From the NCBI GenBank assembly GCA_029881495.1, contig JAOUMJ010000005.1:9042-73041 (forward strand): a stretch of DNA of 64,000 bases, in the 5' to 3' direction. Source of the stretch: Nitrospinota bacterium (GTDB lineage: Bacteria; Nitrospinota_A; UBA7883; JACRGQ01). The notes under the pieces are model-generated. The model did not search any database. It saw only the letters and a program-made list of their open reading frames with translations, and had not been told where the DNA came from. The translations under genes were made by a program, and so were the position numbers. Positions 23,100 to 33,102 of this stretch are shown one piece after another. The first letter of the stretch is position 1. Every line of letters begins with the position of its first letter.

Positions 23100-23620
23100 T
23101 GAAACGGCTCATCCTCGCGGTGCTGGTGTCGGTCACGCTGGAGGTGTTCAACGTCTCCATATACCTGATAAAGAAACTGAAGCATTTCCTTCTGCTCGTT
23201 ATCGTGCTCTCCATAACATCCCCTTCGTCTGCATCCGCGTTCTGCTTCAAGAAGGCGGGGGAGATGTACGACATCGACCCGGCGTTCCTGAAAGCTATCG
23301 CCGTTACAGAATCGTCGCTCGATCCGAATGCCGTGAGGTGCGACGAGGACGGATTCAACTGCGACCGGTCTCTCATGCAGATAAACGACCAGTGGGCAGA
23401 TCTCGCTCCGGATGAATATGAACAGGCGATGTCATCCCCGTGCGATAACGTCCTCTTCGGCACGAAGATATTGAGCGAGTGCCTTGAGAAGTATGGGCGC
23501 ACCCCGCGCGGGACCGGGTGCTACAACGTCGGATATATCACAACCAAGGGGAAAGAGCGCGCGGCAATGAGATACGCGCTTCGGGTCTATAGGAATTACG
23601 GCATTCTACAAGGAGGCTGA
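23099..23620 (+). CDS. Lytic transglycosylase (SLT domain) with N-terminal membrane/signal segment
   Basis: AFLKAIAVTESSLDPNAV...SLMQINDQW. Confidence 0.75.
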   Translation: MKRLILAVLVSVTLEVFNVSIYLIKKLKHFLLLVIVLSITSPSSASAFCFKKAGEMYDIDPAFLKAIAVTESSLDPNAVRCDEDGFNCDRSLMQINDQWADLAPDEYEQAMSSPCDNVLFGTKILSECLEKYGRTPRGTGCYNVGYITTKGKERAAMRYALRVYRNYGILQGG

Positions 23621-23623
23621 ATC

Positions 23624-24172
23624 ATGGATCATTACGTCGGAAAGAAATTGGGAGAAGAGATAAGGCAGATCATATTGGCATTCTTTTTCGTGCTCGCCAT
23701 GATGCTCGGACATTGCGGAAGCCCTGCGTTTGCGGAGGGGTCTGCCGCGCCCGTGCAGGAGTATGTCGAGGTCGAGGGGGTGGAAGGGCCGGAGCTTGAG
23801 AAGGCATGGGTCGTCGCGCCGTACCTGGTCGTCACATCACCTAAAAATTATCCAGACCTGAACGATCACCGAACGGGGAAGTTTCGAGGGAAGGAGCTGT
23901 TTCACCTCTTCACGAACCCGAAGAAGGGGCTGAAGGCGTATCTGGTGATAGATGAAGACGTGAACATGGAACTCTCGGACGGTCTGCCGAACGAGATAAA
24001 GGAGACCGTATGGCACCTCGTGAGACTTACGAACCGGCTACTTAACGAGGTGGGGAGCAGGACGGCATTGCGCGATGAAATTCAGATAGAGCGTCGCCAG
24101 CTCGTCCTCGATAAGCATATGGAGCACAACTGCCCGATGCAACACGCCCCCTCCGGCGATGGGAGCATCTGA
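23624..24172 (+). CDS. Exported/membrane-anchored hypothetical protein (possible spanin-type)
   Basis: N-terminal hydrophobic segment ILAFFFVLAMMLGHCGSPAFA. The lysis-cassette position is the only support for a function. Confidence 0.4.
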   Translation: MDHYVGKKLGEEIRQIILAFFFVLAMMLGHCGSPAFAEGSAAPVQEYVEVEGVEGPELEKAWVVAPYLVVTSPKNYPDLNDHRTGKFRGKELFHLFTNPKKGLKAYLVIDEDVNMELSDGLPNEIKETVWHLVRLTNRLLNEVGSRTALRDEIQIERRQLVLDKHMEHNCPMQHAPSGDGSI

Positions 24173-24177
24173 AGAGC

Positions 24178-24795
24178 ATGGCAGGAACCTTTGTCAAAGT
24201 AGACGATGCGGCTGTAAGGAAGATGCTGAAGTCTTTCCCAAAGACTGCCAAGACATCGGCACGCCTGGCGATCAATACAACGCTCCGCCACGCAAAGACG
24301 AAGATAACCAAATCAGACGGAGTCATAAGGCAAAAGCGGAAGATCAAAACAAAGAAGCTGAAAGATAACATATTGATCCTCACCGCTACCGGAGCGAAGT
24401 TGTTAGGCAAATTGTTCTCAAGGAGAAGTCCCGTCTCGCTCATTTATTACGGGGCTCGGCAAACAAGGACAGGTGTATCAATCAACGTAACAGGAACCCG
24501 CAAGGTTATTAAGCATGCCTTCATCACTACGATAGGCGGGAATAAAGGAGTGTATACGCGAAAGGCCGACGAACACGGGAAGAGAGTGGGGCGGATGCCG
24601 ATCTGGAAGCTATACAGCACAGCTGTAGATGAGGCGTTTGATACGGATGCCGTGAGGCGGGGCTTTGAGATAGCGGCTCGTAAGTTTGCCCCGGAGTTTT
24701 TTCGTCAGATGAAATGGCGCTTGCAAAAGGATGGTTGGATATTGAGAGGAACCTCGAACGTTGTAGATACCGTCTCCTCCTCATTCAACAAGTAG
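24178..24795 (+). CDS. Hypothetical basic protein (205 aa)
   Basis: ORF-track entry; no secure motif. Confidence 0.45.
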   Translation: MAGTFVKVDDAAVRKMLKSFPKTAKTSARLAINTTLRHAKTKITKSDGVIRQKRKIKTKKLKDNILILTATGAKLLGKLFSRRSPVSLIYYGARQTRTGVSINVTGTRKVIKHAFITTIGGNKGVYTRKADEHGKRVGRMPIWKLYSTAVDEAFDTDAVRRGFEIAARKFAPEFFRQMKWRLQKDGWILRGTSNVVDTVSSSFNK

Positions 24796-24965
24796 TCAAG
24801 GTGAGGATATACAGTGATAATAATAGCACTCAAGGTACTCCCAGCGCCTCCTGCAAAGCGGGTGCGCAGAGGCGCGGAAAGTGGCTAGGTGTAAGCATTT
24901 GAAAAGTCATTTCGTTTCGTTTGGGAAAACAGATGAAAGAAGGAAAGGGTAACAGTAATTGAAGA

Positions 24966-25496
24966 ATGGGTTTGGCAAAGCATTGCACGTTAAAGGATCT
25001 GATGGAGTGGACCGGGTACACGGACCGGCGCATTCAGCAACTTGTGGACGAAGGGGTTGTCAGGAGAGAAGGGCGCGGTAAGTACCTGCTTGCTGAATCT
25101 CTGACGGGACTGTTCCGTCATATAGAGATGCAGGCTAAGGCAGGAGACAAGGAGACCTTAACTGAAGCGGAGATCAGATACAAAACCGCGAAGGCGGAAG
25201 AGACTGAATTCAAACTAGAGGTTGATAAAGGAAATTACTTTTACAAAGAGGATGTCCGACTTGCTGTATCGAACATGCTATCAACATTCATCGCCCACAT
25301 GCGCGCCTTGCCAACCAAGATGGCAATCCGCCTCGACGGATTGCCAAAAACTGAGATAAAGAAGGAGCTGGAATTTGGCATCCGTGACTGCACCGACGAA
25401 CTCCGAGAACTTGCTATCGCCCCTGAAAGAGGTCGAAAGGTTCCTCGCCGAAATAGCAAACGAAGTTCTAAGGATTCCGCCTCGGCGAAATCTTAG
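24966..25496 (+). CDS. terS: Terminase small subunit (Nu1-like, N-terminal winged HTH)
   Basis: CTLKDLMEWTGYTDRRIQQLVDEGVVRREGRGKYLLAESL. Immediately upstream of the gpA-type large subunit. Confidence 0.7.
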   Translation: MGLAKHCTLKDLMEWTGYTDRRIQQLVDEGVVRREGRGKYLLAESLTGLFRHIEMQAKAGDKETLTEAEIRYKTAKAEETEFKLEVDKGNYFYKEDVRLAVSNMLSTFIAHMRALPTKMAIRLDGLPKTEIKKELEFGIRDCTDELRELAIAPERGRKVPRRNSKRSSKDSASAKS

Positions 25497-27285
25497 CGAA
25501 TGGGCAGATAACTACGCGTTCCTTTCCGGCGATAGCGCCAGCGTCGGCAAGTGGCGAACCCTGCCATATCAGAAGGGGATAATGGACGCTATTACAGATC
25601 CGTCTGTCGAGCGTGTGACGGTGATGAAAGCGGCGCGCGTCGGCTATACGAAAATCATCAATAACACGATCGCCTATTACGTTGCCGAAGATCCCTGCCC
25701 GATACTGGTAGTACAGCCGACCGTGAACGACGCGCAGGATTACAGCAAGGAAGAGATTGCCTCCATGATCGCCGACACGCCGATACTTCGCGAACTGTTC
25801 CCATCGCCCAAGGCGAAAGATTCCGGCAACACGATTGAAAAGAAGGTTTTCCCCGGCGGGTCACTTCGCCTCATCGGAGCGAACAGCGCGACGGGCTTCC
25901 GCCGAATATCCATCCGGGTACTTATCTTCGACGAGACAGACGGCTACCCGCCGACAGCGGGGTCTGAGGGTGACCAGATAAAGCTGGGTGAACAGCGCAC
26001 TTTATGGTTTCCAGACAGGAAAATCATCGCCGGTTCAACGCCGACCGAAAAGGGTAATTCGAAGATCGAGAAACTCTTTGCGAAATCCGACCAGCGTTAT
26101 TACTTCGTACCCTGTCCGCATTGCGAGAAGTTTCAGGTGCTGAAATTCTCCGACACGCAATACAGCGGGGAGATATCGAGCTCCATCAAATACGCTTTCA
26201 TGTCGTGGGATAAGGACGCGGACGGGAAACCACTGCCGGAGACGGCCCATTTCACATGTTGTCATTGCGGATGCGTCATTGAAGAGAAGGATAAACGGTG
26301 GATGCTGGATCGAGGTGAATGGCGAGCGACCAAGCCTTTCACAGGTCACGCTGGTTTTCATATATGGGCGGCGTATTCGGTCTCGCCGAATGCGACATGG
26401 GCCCAGCTTGTCTCGGAGTTCCTCGACTGCAAAAACAACCCAGAGGAGTTGCAGACGTTCGTCAATACAGTTCTCGGCGAAGTGTGGGAAGAGCAAGGTG
26501 AGAAGGTGAGCGAGCATGTTCTCCTGTCCCGCCGCGAGGAGTATGCAGCGGAAGTTCCCGCCGGAGCTCTGGTATTGACGGCCGCTGTTGACGTTCAGGG
26601 CGACCGTCTGGAAATGGAGGTTGTCGGGTGGGGGATGTACGAAGAATCGTGGGGCATCGCGCGGAAGGTCATCTATGGAGATCCTACGCAACAACAGGTT
26701 TGGGAAGAACTCGACAAGGAGTTGCTGAGGACATACCGTCATGAATCTGGAACGGATCTGACTATCTCGGCGGTAGGAATAGACACCAGATACCAAACGG
26801 ATTATGTATATTCGTTTGTCCGCCCTCGTATGTCCCGTCGTATTTACGCGCTGATGGGGGTAGGTCGCCCAGGTTATCCGATAGCAGGAAGCCCACAGCA
26901 GAAGAAAACCGGTCGCAACCGCCGTCCCGTTCCGATATGGCTCGTCGGCACGTTCCAGGCGAAAGGGCTTATCTATTCGCGATTGAAAGTAACCAACCCC
27001 GGCGCTGGATATTGTCACTTCCCGATGTGGTATGATGAGGAATATTTTGCTCAAGTGACCGCTGAGAAGATGGTTACTAGGTACAAGAAAGGATTTGCCC
27101 ACAAGGAATGGGTACAGATCCGGTCTCGCAACGAAGCCCTTGATATCCGCGTCTACAATCTCGCCGTATTGCGGATCCTCAATCCCGATTATCGCGCCCT
27201 TGCCGTTTATCTCGGGCAGTCTACCGATCCGCTCCCTCCTCGTCGTGGCGGTCGTCGCGTCATCAGCCGGGGGATATCGGGATGA
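25375..27285 (+). CDS. terL: Terminase large subunit, lambda gpA family
   Basis: LSEWADNYAFLSGDSASVGKWRTLPYQKGIMDAITDPSVERVTVMKAARVGYTKI parallels the lambda A N-terminus (WADANYYL...GRWETLPFQRAIMNAM..VVKSARVGYSKM). The start is uncertain: the TTG at 25375 overlaps terS by 122 nt. Confidence 0.9.
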   Translation: MASVTAPTNSENLLSPLKEVERFLAEIANEVLRIPPRRNLSEWADNYAFLSGDSASVGKWRTLPYQKGIMDAITDPSVERVTVMKAARVGYTKIINNTIAYYVAEDPCPILVVQPTVNDAQDYSKEEIASMIADTPILRELFPSPKAKDSGNTIEKKVFPGGSLRLIGANSATGFRRISIRVLIFDETDGYPPTAGSEGDQIKLGEQRTLWFPDRKIIAGSTPTEKGNSKIEKLFAKSDQRYYFVPCPHCEKFQVLKFSDTQYSGEISSSIKYAFMSWDKDADGKPLPETAHFTCCHCGCVIEEKDKRWMLDRGEWRATKPFTGHAGFHIWAAYSVSPNATWAQLVSEFLDCKNNPEELQTFVNTVLGEVWEEQGEKVSEHVLLSRREEYAAEVPAGALVLTAAVDVQGDRLEMEVVGWGMYEESWGIARKVIYGDPTQQQVWEELDKELLRTYRHESGTDLTISAVGIDTRYQTDYVYSFVRPRMSRRIYALMGVGRPGYPIAGSPQQKKTGRNRRPVPIWLVGTFQAKGLIYSRLKVTNPGAGYCHFPMWYDEEYFAQVTAEKMVTRYKKGFAHKEWVQIRSRNEALDIRVYNLAVLRILNPDYRALAVYLGQSTDPLPPRRGGRRVISRGISG

Positions 27286-27482
27286 AGCGAAAGCGACGCG
27301 TGATCTCGACCGGCGTGATAGCGCGAACGCTCTGCGTCACCGATCGACGGGCGCGCCAGATAGTGACCGAAGAGGTGAGCAAAGGGAATCTGGAAGCCGC
27401 CCCGCGCGTAGGGAACGGCTGGTACCGGGTCTTTTCGGACAGTTTTCATTCATGGCTGGAAACAAAACAGGCCGGAATATGA
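27282..27482 (+). CDS. Small HTH_17 (excisionase/AlpA-type) protein between terL and gpW
   Basis: ISTGVIARTLCVTDRRARQIV...GNGWYRVFSDSFHSWLE. ATGA overlap with terL. Confidence 0.45.
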   Translation: MKRKRRVISTGVIARTLCVTDRRARQIVTEEVSKGNLEAAPRVGNGWYRVFSDSFHSWLETKQAGI

Positions 27483-27547
27483 AAATAATTAAAAAAAGCG
27501 GAAATACCGGAAACACGCCTCTATTTATTCTTGACAAAATGTAAACC

Positions 27548-27769
27548 ATGGCAGGAATAACGCTCGAACAGGCAGAAGCAAAATTGGCCGAATGGATGGC
27601 CGCCGACACGGCTGTCGCAAGCGGACAGGCGTACTCGGTCGCCGGTCGTTCGCTTAATCGCGCCGACGCTGCGCAGATCCGTGAAAACATCACCTATTGG
27701 AACGCACAAGTCAATAAACTTTCAAAAGGTAGCGGTGGCATCCGCATACGGGGAGGCACTCCGCTATGA
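27548..27769 (+). CDS. Head-to-tail joining protein gpW-like
   Basis: 73 aa, ITLEQAEAKLAEWMAADTAVASGQAYSVAGRSLNRADAAQIRENITYW. Lambda order A-W-B. Confidence 0.7.
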   Translation: MAGITLEQAEAKLAEWMAADTAVASGQAYSVAGRSLNRADAAQIRENITYWNAQVNKLSKGSGGIRIRGGTPL

Positions 27770-29397
27770 GCCCCGCTGAAATGGAAAAGAGGCTGAGCGA
27801 AGCGGCAAAGGGTAACCTCCTCGACCGCGCGATAAAGGCGTTTGACCCGGTAAGAGGCAAGGCCCGGATGCAGGCCCGGATGCAGATGGCGGCTGCCGAG
27901 TCGTCAACGACCGCCTATGTCGGCGCGTCGCGCACACGAAGACAGCTTAGCTCGTGGAAACCCCTTGGAGGGGATGCCGACACCGACCTCATGGGTGAGT
28001 TGCCGACCCTTCGTGAGAGATCCCGCGATATGATCCGCAATATACCTCTTGCCACCGGCGCGGTCGGCACGGTCTGCACAAACGCGGTCGGGCCGGGCTT
28101 GAAACCACAGTCAAGGATAGACCGCGACTATCTAGGCATGACCGAAGAAGATGCCGACGCTTTTGAGCGGAACGTCGAGCGCGAATGGAAACTCTTCTCC
28201 TCGCAGTGCGATTACGGTCGCGCCCTCAATCACGGCGCATTGCAGTTCCTTGCTTTCCGTTCCGTTCTTGAGAACGGCGATTCATTCGTCAACATGCCAT
28301 ATATCAAACGCCCGGGCGATACCTACGGTCTGAAACTTCAGCTGATAGAAGCCGACCGAGTATCAAATCCGAACAGGCAGAGAGACACCGACACGCTGGT
28401 CGGCGGGGTAGAGAAGGATACAACCGGCGCACCTGTCGCCTATTACGTTTCCAAGAACCATCCTGGCAAAGCCTACGGTTCGACGAAGGGCGAATGGGTG
28501 AAGGTAGACGCGTTCACGAATACAGGTCGCCGCAACATGCTTCACCTCTACCAGATGGAGCGTATAGCGCAGTCGCGCGGTATTCCGTATCTCACGCCGG
28601 TAATGGAGACGTTGAAGATGCTCGGGAAGTACACCGACGGCGAGCTGATGGCCGCCGTCATATCGTCATACTTCACGGTCATTCTAAGGGACAAGGACGG
28701 CAACGAAATGGATCCGATGAAACCGGAAACGGAAACAAAAGCAAAGGGGACCGATGAGGATTTCAAGCTCGCCCCCGGTGCCATCCTCTCCGTTGGCGAA
28801 GGGCAGGGTGTCGATGTTGTCAATCCGGGTCGACCGAACACGGCATTCGATCAGTTCGTCATGTCGATGGCGCGCCAGATAGGAGCCGGTCTCCACCAGC
28901 CGTATGAAGTCCTGATAAAACACTTTACCGCCTCATACTCAGCTTCGCGCGGCGCGCTTCTTGAGGCGTGGACGTTCTATAAAAAAATGAGGCACTTCCT
29001 TGTAACCTCCTTCTGCCAGCCGACATACGAAGCGTTCTTTTATGAAGCGGTAGCTAATGGGCGAATCATAGCCCCCGGTTTTTTCAATGATCCGCTCATC
29101 CGACAGGCGTATCTCGGCACCGAATGGATAGGTCCGGCAATGGGGCAGATAGATCCGCTGAAAGAGGTCAATGCCGCCGAGAAGAGGCTCGATATAGGCA
29201 TGACGACCTTGTCGCAGGAAACAGCTTCCTACAACGGAGGGGATTGGGACCTGAACCATCCGCAACAGGTAAAGGAGAGAAAAAAGAGGCTCGAAGGCGG
29301 TTTGATATCGGAAAAGATACCACCGACAGACATAAACACTAACCGCGAACCGGATAACTCTTCCGGCTCGGATTCTGACAGGGAGGACGGTAAATGA
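27766..29397 (+). CDS. Portal protein, lambda gpB family
   Basis: 543 aa. Position and size match lambda B. Followed by an S49 protease. Confidence 0.8.
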   Translation: MSPAEMEKRLSEAAKGNLLDRAIKAFDPVRGKARMQARMQMAAAESSTTAYVGASRTRRQLSSWKPLGGDADTDLMGELPTLRERSRDMIRNIPLATGAVGTVCTNAVGPGLKPQSRIDRDYLGMTEEDADAFERNVEREWKLFSSQCDYGRALNHGALQFLAFRSVLENGDSFVNMPYIKRPGDTYGLKLQLIEADRVSNPNRQRDTDTLVGGVEKDTTGAPVAYYVSKNHPGKAYGSTKGEWVKVDAFTNTGRRNMLHLYQMERIAQSRGIPYLTPVMETLKMLGKYTDGELMAAVISSYFTVILRDKDGNEMDPMKPETETKAKGTDEDFKLAPGAILSVGEGQGVDVVNPGRPNTAFDQFVMSMARQIGAGLHQPYEVLIKHFTASYSASRGALLEAWTFYKKMRHFLVTSFCQPTYEAFFYEAVANGRIIAPGFFNDPLIRQAYLGTEWIGPAMGQIDPLKEVNAAEKRLDIGMTTLSQETASYNGGDWDLNHPQQVKERKKRLEGGLISEKIPPTDINTNREPDNSSGSDSDREDGK

Positions 29398-30830
29398 AAC
29401 TTCTAAAAATCCTGGGTACGCCATGGGGGATAAAAAGAGAAAAGTACGAGGAGATAATCAAAACCTATTCCGGTATCATGGCTGGCCCGAAAATAGCCCT
29501 TGATGGTCTGTTCGGTGTATTGAAACAGCCCCTGCCATCAGATTATTCAATCGAAAACGGCATCGCCGTTATCGCTCTTGAAGATGTTCTTCTTAAGAAA
29601 TATTCCGTGTTCATGGGCATCTTCGGCGGGACATCCACGGAAATAGTGCGTGAACAATTCAAACATGCATTGGCGAACAAGGATGTGAATAAAATCGTCC
29701 TGAAAATAGATAGCCCCGGCGGGACTGTCGACGGAACGCAGGATCTGGCAAAGCTTATTTATGATTCTCGCGGCATCAAGCCGATTGTTTCGTTTGTAGA
29801 TGGAATGATGCATTCGGCGGCAACATGGGTAGGTACATCCGCCGACCGAGTTGTGATTTCAAACGAAACCTGCGATATCGGCGGGATAGGCGTGGTTACA
29901 GCACACATGGATATTTCTGAATTCGAAAAGAAACTGGGAGTGAAAACCACCGAGATATATGCCGGTAAATACAAGCGCATCAATTCTTACTATAAACCTT
30001 TAAGTGCGGAAGGAAAGCAGGAGCTTCAGGATGCGGTCGATTACCTCTATTCCGTATTTGTAGAAAATATCGCGCAAAACCGTGGAGTTAGTACCGATGT
30101 TGTCTTGGAAAATATGGCCGATGGACGTGGCTTCATCGGGAAACAGGCAATAGAAGCCGGTCTCGTGGACAGTGTGTCTTCGTTCGACCGGTTAATGGAA
30201 GAATTGGCAGGGAGTGCTTCTGCCGCAAAACCGAATGCAAAGGTAAGTGGTACCGATGCTCAAACAAAAGGAAAGGAAAGGATGATGGATAAAGACAAAT
30301 TGAAAGCCGACCATCCCGAACTCTACGCCGCAGTGTTGGCGGAGGGGAAGGAGCAGGCAAAGGCGGAACATCTACCAATGACTTTGGAATCTACCGCCAT
30401 ATCGGCGAAGGGGGTAGCGGAAGACTATCCCGCGATAGCCAAGGAGTTGAGCGAAGCGGGGATGAAAGCCGAGCGCGATCGCGTCACGGCAATTATGGCG
30501 GTTCCCGCTCTCGGTCATGGCGATATCGTCGCCTCCTGCCTGAAGGACGGCAAGAGCGCGGACGAATGCGCCTCACTGATACTGAAAGCGGAAGCGAAAT
30601 CAAGGTCGGATGTACTGGCCGACCTTCAGCAGAACTCGCCATCCGCGCTTCCACAACCTGCTTCCGACGCGGAGACCGCGAAGGTGGGAGGAACAACGGA
30701 AGAGCAGGCAAAAGCGGCTTGGGACAAGGACGAAAAACTTCATGCAGAATTTTCGTCATTCGAGTCCTATCTCGCCTATGTAAAGGCGGATAAAGGCGGA
30801 CAGTCCAAGATTTTCAAAGGAGGTAAATAA
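29394..30830 (+). CDS. Head maturation protease / scaffold (S49, gpC-like)
   Basis: IVLKIDSPGGTVDG...MHSAATWV (SppA/ClpP-fold S49). Ala/Glu/Lys-rich scaffold-like C-terminal half. Confidence 0.8.
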   Translation: MKLLKILGTPWGIKREKYEEIIKTYSGIMAGPKIALDGLFGVLKQPLPSDYSIENGIAVIALEDVLLKKYSVFMGIFGGTSTEIVREQFKHALANKDVNKIVLKIDSPGGTVDGTQDLAKLIYDSRGIKPIVSFVDGMMHSAATWVGTSADRVVISNETCDIGGIGVVTAHMDISEFEKKLGVKTTEIYAGKYKRINSYYKPLSAEGKQELQDAVDYLYSVFVENIAQNRGVSTDVVLENMADGRGFIGKQAIEAGLVDSVSSFDRLMEELAGSASAAKPNAKVSGTDAQTKGKERMMDKDKLKADHPELYAAVLAEGKEQAKAEHLPMTLESTAISAKGVAEDYPAIAKELSEAGMKAERDRVTAIMAVPALGHGDIVASCLKDGKSADECASLILKAEAKSRSDVLADLQQNSPSALPQPASDAETAKVGGTTEEQAKAAWDKDEKLHAEFSSFESYLAYVKADKGGQSKIFKGGK

Positions 30831-31381
30831 TGGCTACAAGAGCAAGCGATCTCGCTCGCCCCTTCGAGTTGGGGGATATCAACGAACTTCCCGTTCTCGC
30901 TACTGACATCATATACGAAGGGTCGGCTGTAGGCGATAACGGCTCAGGATATGCTCGCCCCCTCGTAGCGGGTGATCCTTTCCGTGGTTTCGCTGAAAGG
31001 AAGGTGGACAATTCCACCGGCGCGGCAGGGGACAAGAACATCCGTGTCCTCACCCGTGGTCTGGTACAGCTATCTATCGGCTCGCTGGCAATCACGGATG
31101 TAGGTAAGGATGTGTATGCTTCCGATGACGACACCTTCACCTTGACGCAAGGGAGCAACACACGCATCGGGTATGTATACAGGTTCGTTTCTTCCGGCGT
31201 CGGCATTGTCGCCTTTTCCGCAAACAGTGGAGTAGAAGCAGAACTGACAGATAGTACCACAGGCACGGCTGATGGAACGGTTGCGGACGTTGGCGGAGCG
31301 TTCAGCCAGGCGACGCTTAACAACAATTTTGCCGATATCATCGCGAAGGTGAATTACCTTCTGCGCCGCATCGGTCAGTAA
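30830..31381 (+). CDS. Head decoration / cement-type protein
   Basis: Sits between the protease and the major capsid, as lambda D does. The beta-rich sequence is DUF2190-like by eye. Confidence 0.5.
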   Translation: MATRASDLARPFELGDINELPVLATDIIYEGSAVGDNGSGYARPLVAGDPFRGFAERKVDNSTGAAGDKNIRVLTRGLVQLSIGSLAITDVGKDVYASDDDTFTLTQGSNTRIGYVYRFVSSGVGIVAFSANSGVEAELTDSTTGTADGTVADVGGAFSQATLNNNFADIIAKVNYLLRRIGQ

Positions 31382-31392
31382 GGGGGTATGAA

Positions 31393-32439
31393 ATGAAAAA
31401 AATAATAATCTTGTTTCTTGCACTGTTTGCGGGGTGGTTGACCTCCACGCCGTATGAGCCCGTTATGTCGGCTGACGGCGCATTGTATGCCCTTCCAATC
31501 ATAGGTATGGGAACAGCAGGGCTGTCAAGCCGCGCGATAATCGGCGAGTTCTATGCCCGGCTATCGCAGAACATCGGCACGAGCTGGATAGATCCAATTT
31601 CGATGCTGTTCACTTCCGATCAGGCTTCCGAGAATTACAAGTGGCTGGGTATGGCTCCTGCCATGAGGGAGTGGGTCGGCGGTCGACAGGCGAAAGGTTT
31701 CCGTGAAAATGGAATAACGATTGAGAACAAGGAATACGAAGCCACGCTGGAAGTTCTTGTGTCAGAGTTACGCAGGGATAAAACCGGTCAAGTGCTCACC
31801 CGGATAAGGGACCTTGCGGACAGAACTAACGCTCACTGGGCGAAACTTCTTTCCGCTCTTGTAATTAATGGCGAATCTTCTCTCTGCTATGACGGTCAGT
31901 ATTTCTTTGATACCGACCATTCCGAGGGTGATAGTGGTACGCAGTCGAACGACATTACGTCGGATGTAGCCACAACCACAGCGCCGACCGCGGCGGAGAT
32001 GGAGAAGGCTATCCTTGCTGGTGTTGCACAAATACTCGGTTTCAAGGACGACCAGGGCGAACCGATGAACGAGGAAGCAACATCTTTCAGGGTGATGGTT
32101 CCCGTCCCATTCATGGCATCGGCTGCCGCCGCCATAAAGAATCCGGTTATCGTGGATGGTTCCGGTTCCAGAACGAACACCATAACGAACATCGGAGGAT
32201 TTAACATCGCTCTTGATGTCAATGCGCGCCTTTCCTGGACCGACAGGTTTTCGATATTCCGCGCCGATGGCAACGTAAAACCGTTCATCCGCCAGCAGGA
32301 GGAAGACGTAGTGTTGTCTGCCGTGGCAGAAGGATCTGAACTCGAATTCAAGCATAAAAAACATGAATACGGAGTTTCGGCAATCCGAAATGTTGGATAC
32401 GGATACTGGCAGCACGCTTGTCTGGTGACACTGGTATAG
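31393..32439 (+). CDS. Major capsid protein, Mu gpT-like
   Basis: ENYKWLGMAPAMREWVGGRQAKGFRENGITIENKEYEATLEV and CYDGQYFFDTDH parallel Mu T (NTYGWLGKFPTLKEWVGKR..IANKTFEGTVGI; CYDGQNFFDKEH). Confidence 0.85.
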   Translation: MKKIIILFLALFAGWLTSTPYEPVMSADGALYALPIIGMGTAGLSSRAIIGEFYARLSQNIGTSWIDPISMLFTSDQASENYKWLGMAPAMREWVGGRQAKGFRENGITIENKEYEATLEVLVSELRRDKTGQVLTRIRDLADRTNAHWAKLLSALVINGESSLCYDGQYFFDTDHSEGDSGTQSNDITSDVATTTAPTAAEMEKAILAGVAQILGFKDDQGEPMNEEATSFRVMVPVPFMASAAAAIKNPVIVDGSGSRTNTITNIGGFNIALDVNARLSWTDRFSIFRADGNVKPFIRQQEEDVVLSAVAEGSELEFKHKKHEYGVSAIRNVGYGYWQHACLVTLV

Positions 32440-32462
32440 CGATAGCTATTAACGGAATAAAT

Positions 32463-32482
32463 GGGGCGGGGAAACCCGCCCC
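32463..32482 (+). terminator. GC hairpin just after the capsid gene (no U-tract)
   Basis: GGGGCGGG-gaaa-CCCGCCCC. Confidence 0.3.
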
Positions 32483-32499
32483 GCTTAAACGGAGGATTA

Positions 32500-33102
32500 A
32501 TGAAAAAGTATAAAGTGATAGGCGCATCAGCAAATTTCCATTCCGGGAAATTGCAGGTGACCGAGGAACAGTTCAAGGCAAGGAGCCACGCACTGAAAAA
32601 ACTCACAGATGAAGCTGGCGGAACATGTGAAATCCTTTCACCTGTTCAATTCAAAAGGGGAGAAGAGATTGGATATGACGGAGCCGTCTCCAAGTCTCTG
32701 CTGGCCGATATTTCCCCCGCTGATGATACCCCGGGTTCAGACGGCGACAATACCGCCGACACGCCACCGGATCCTGTTCTCGCTATCCTTGACGGCAACG
32801 TCAGCCAGGTGATTGACGCACTGGGAGACTGCACAGGCGAAGAGCTGGCGAACCTCAAGGCGGCAGAGGAGGCAGGGAAAACCCGTAAATCCGTCATCAA
32901 GGCGATCGATGACGAGCTTGCGAAGCGCGCGGATAAAGAGGAAGAGGCGGAACTTCTAGCCCTCATCCCGGATTACACCGACGAAGATCTGCAAGCGGTC
33001 AAGGAAGAAGAGCTGGAAGGCGCGAACCGCGAAACGATCATCAAGGCGATTGATGACGAGCTTGCGAAGCGTGAAGCGGATAAAGAGGAAGAGACTGAAT
33101 AA
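32500..33102 (+). CDS. Acidic hypothetical head-module protein with an internal repeat
   Basis: Start at MKKYKV behind SD acggagga. IKAIDDELAKR(A/E)DKEEE occurs twice. Confidence 0.55.
   Translation: MKKYKVIGASANFHSGKLQVTEEQFKARSHALKKLTDEAGGTCEILSPVQFKRGEEIGYDGAVSKSLLADISPADDTPGSDGDNTADTPPDPVLAILDGNVSQVIDALGDCTGEELANLKAAEEAGKTRKSVIKAIDDELAKRADKEEEAELLALIPDYTDEDLQAVKEEELEGANRETIIKAIDDELAKREADKEEETE

Noticed and set aside
24796-24965. A cos site upstream of terS
   Set aside because: Lambda-type terminases imply a cos site, and this is the expected place. I could not identify cohesive-end or R-site/IHF-like elements from sequence alone, so no feature is called.
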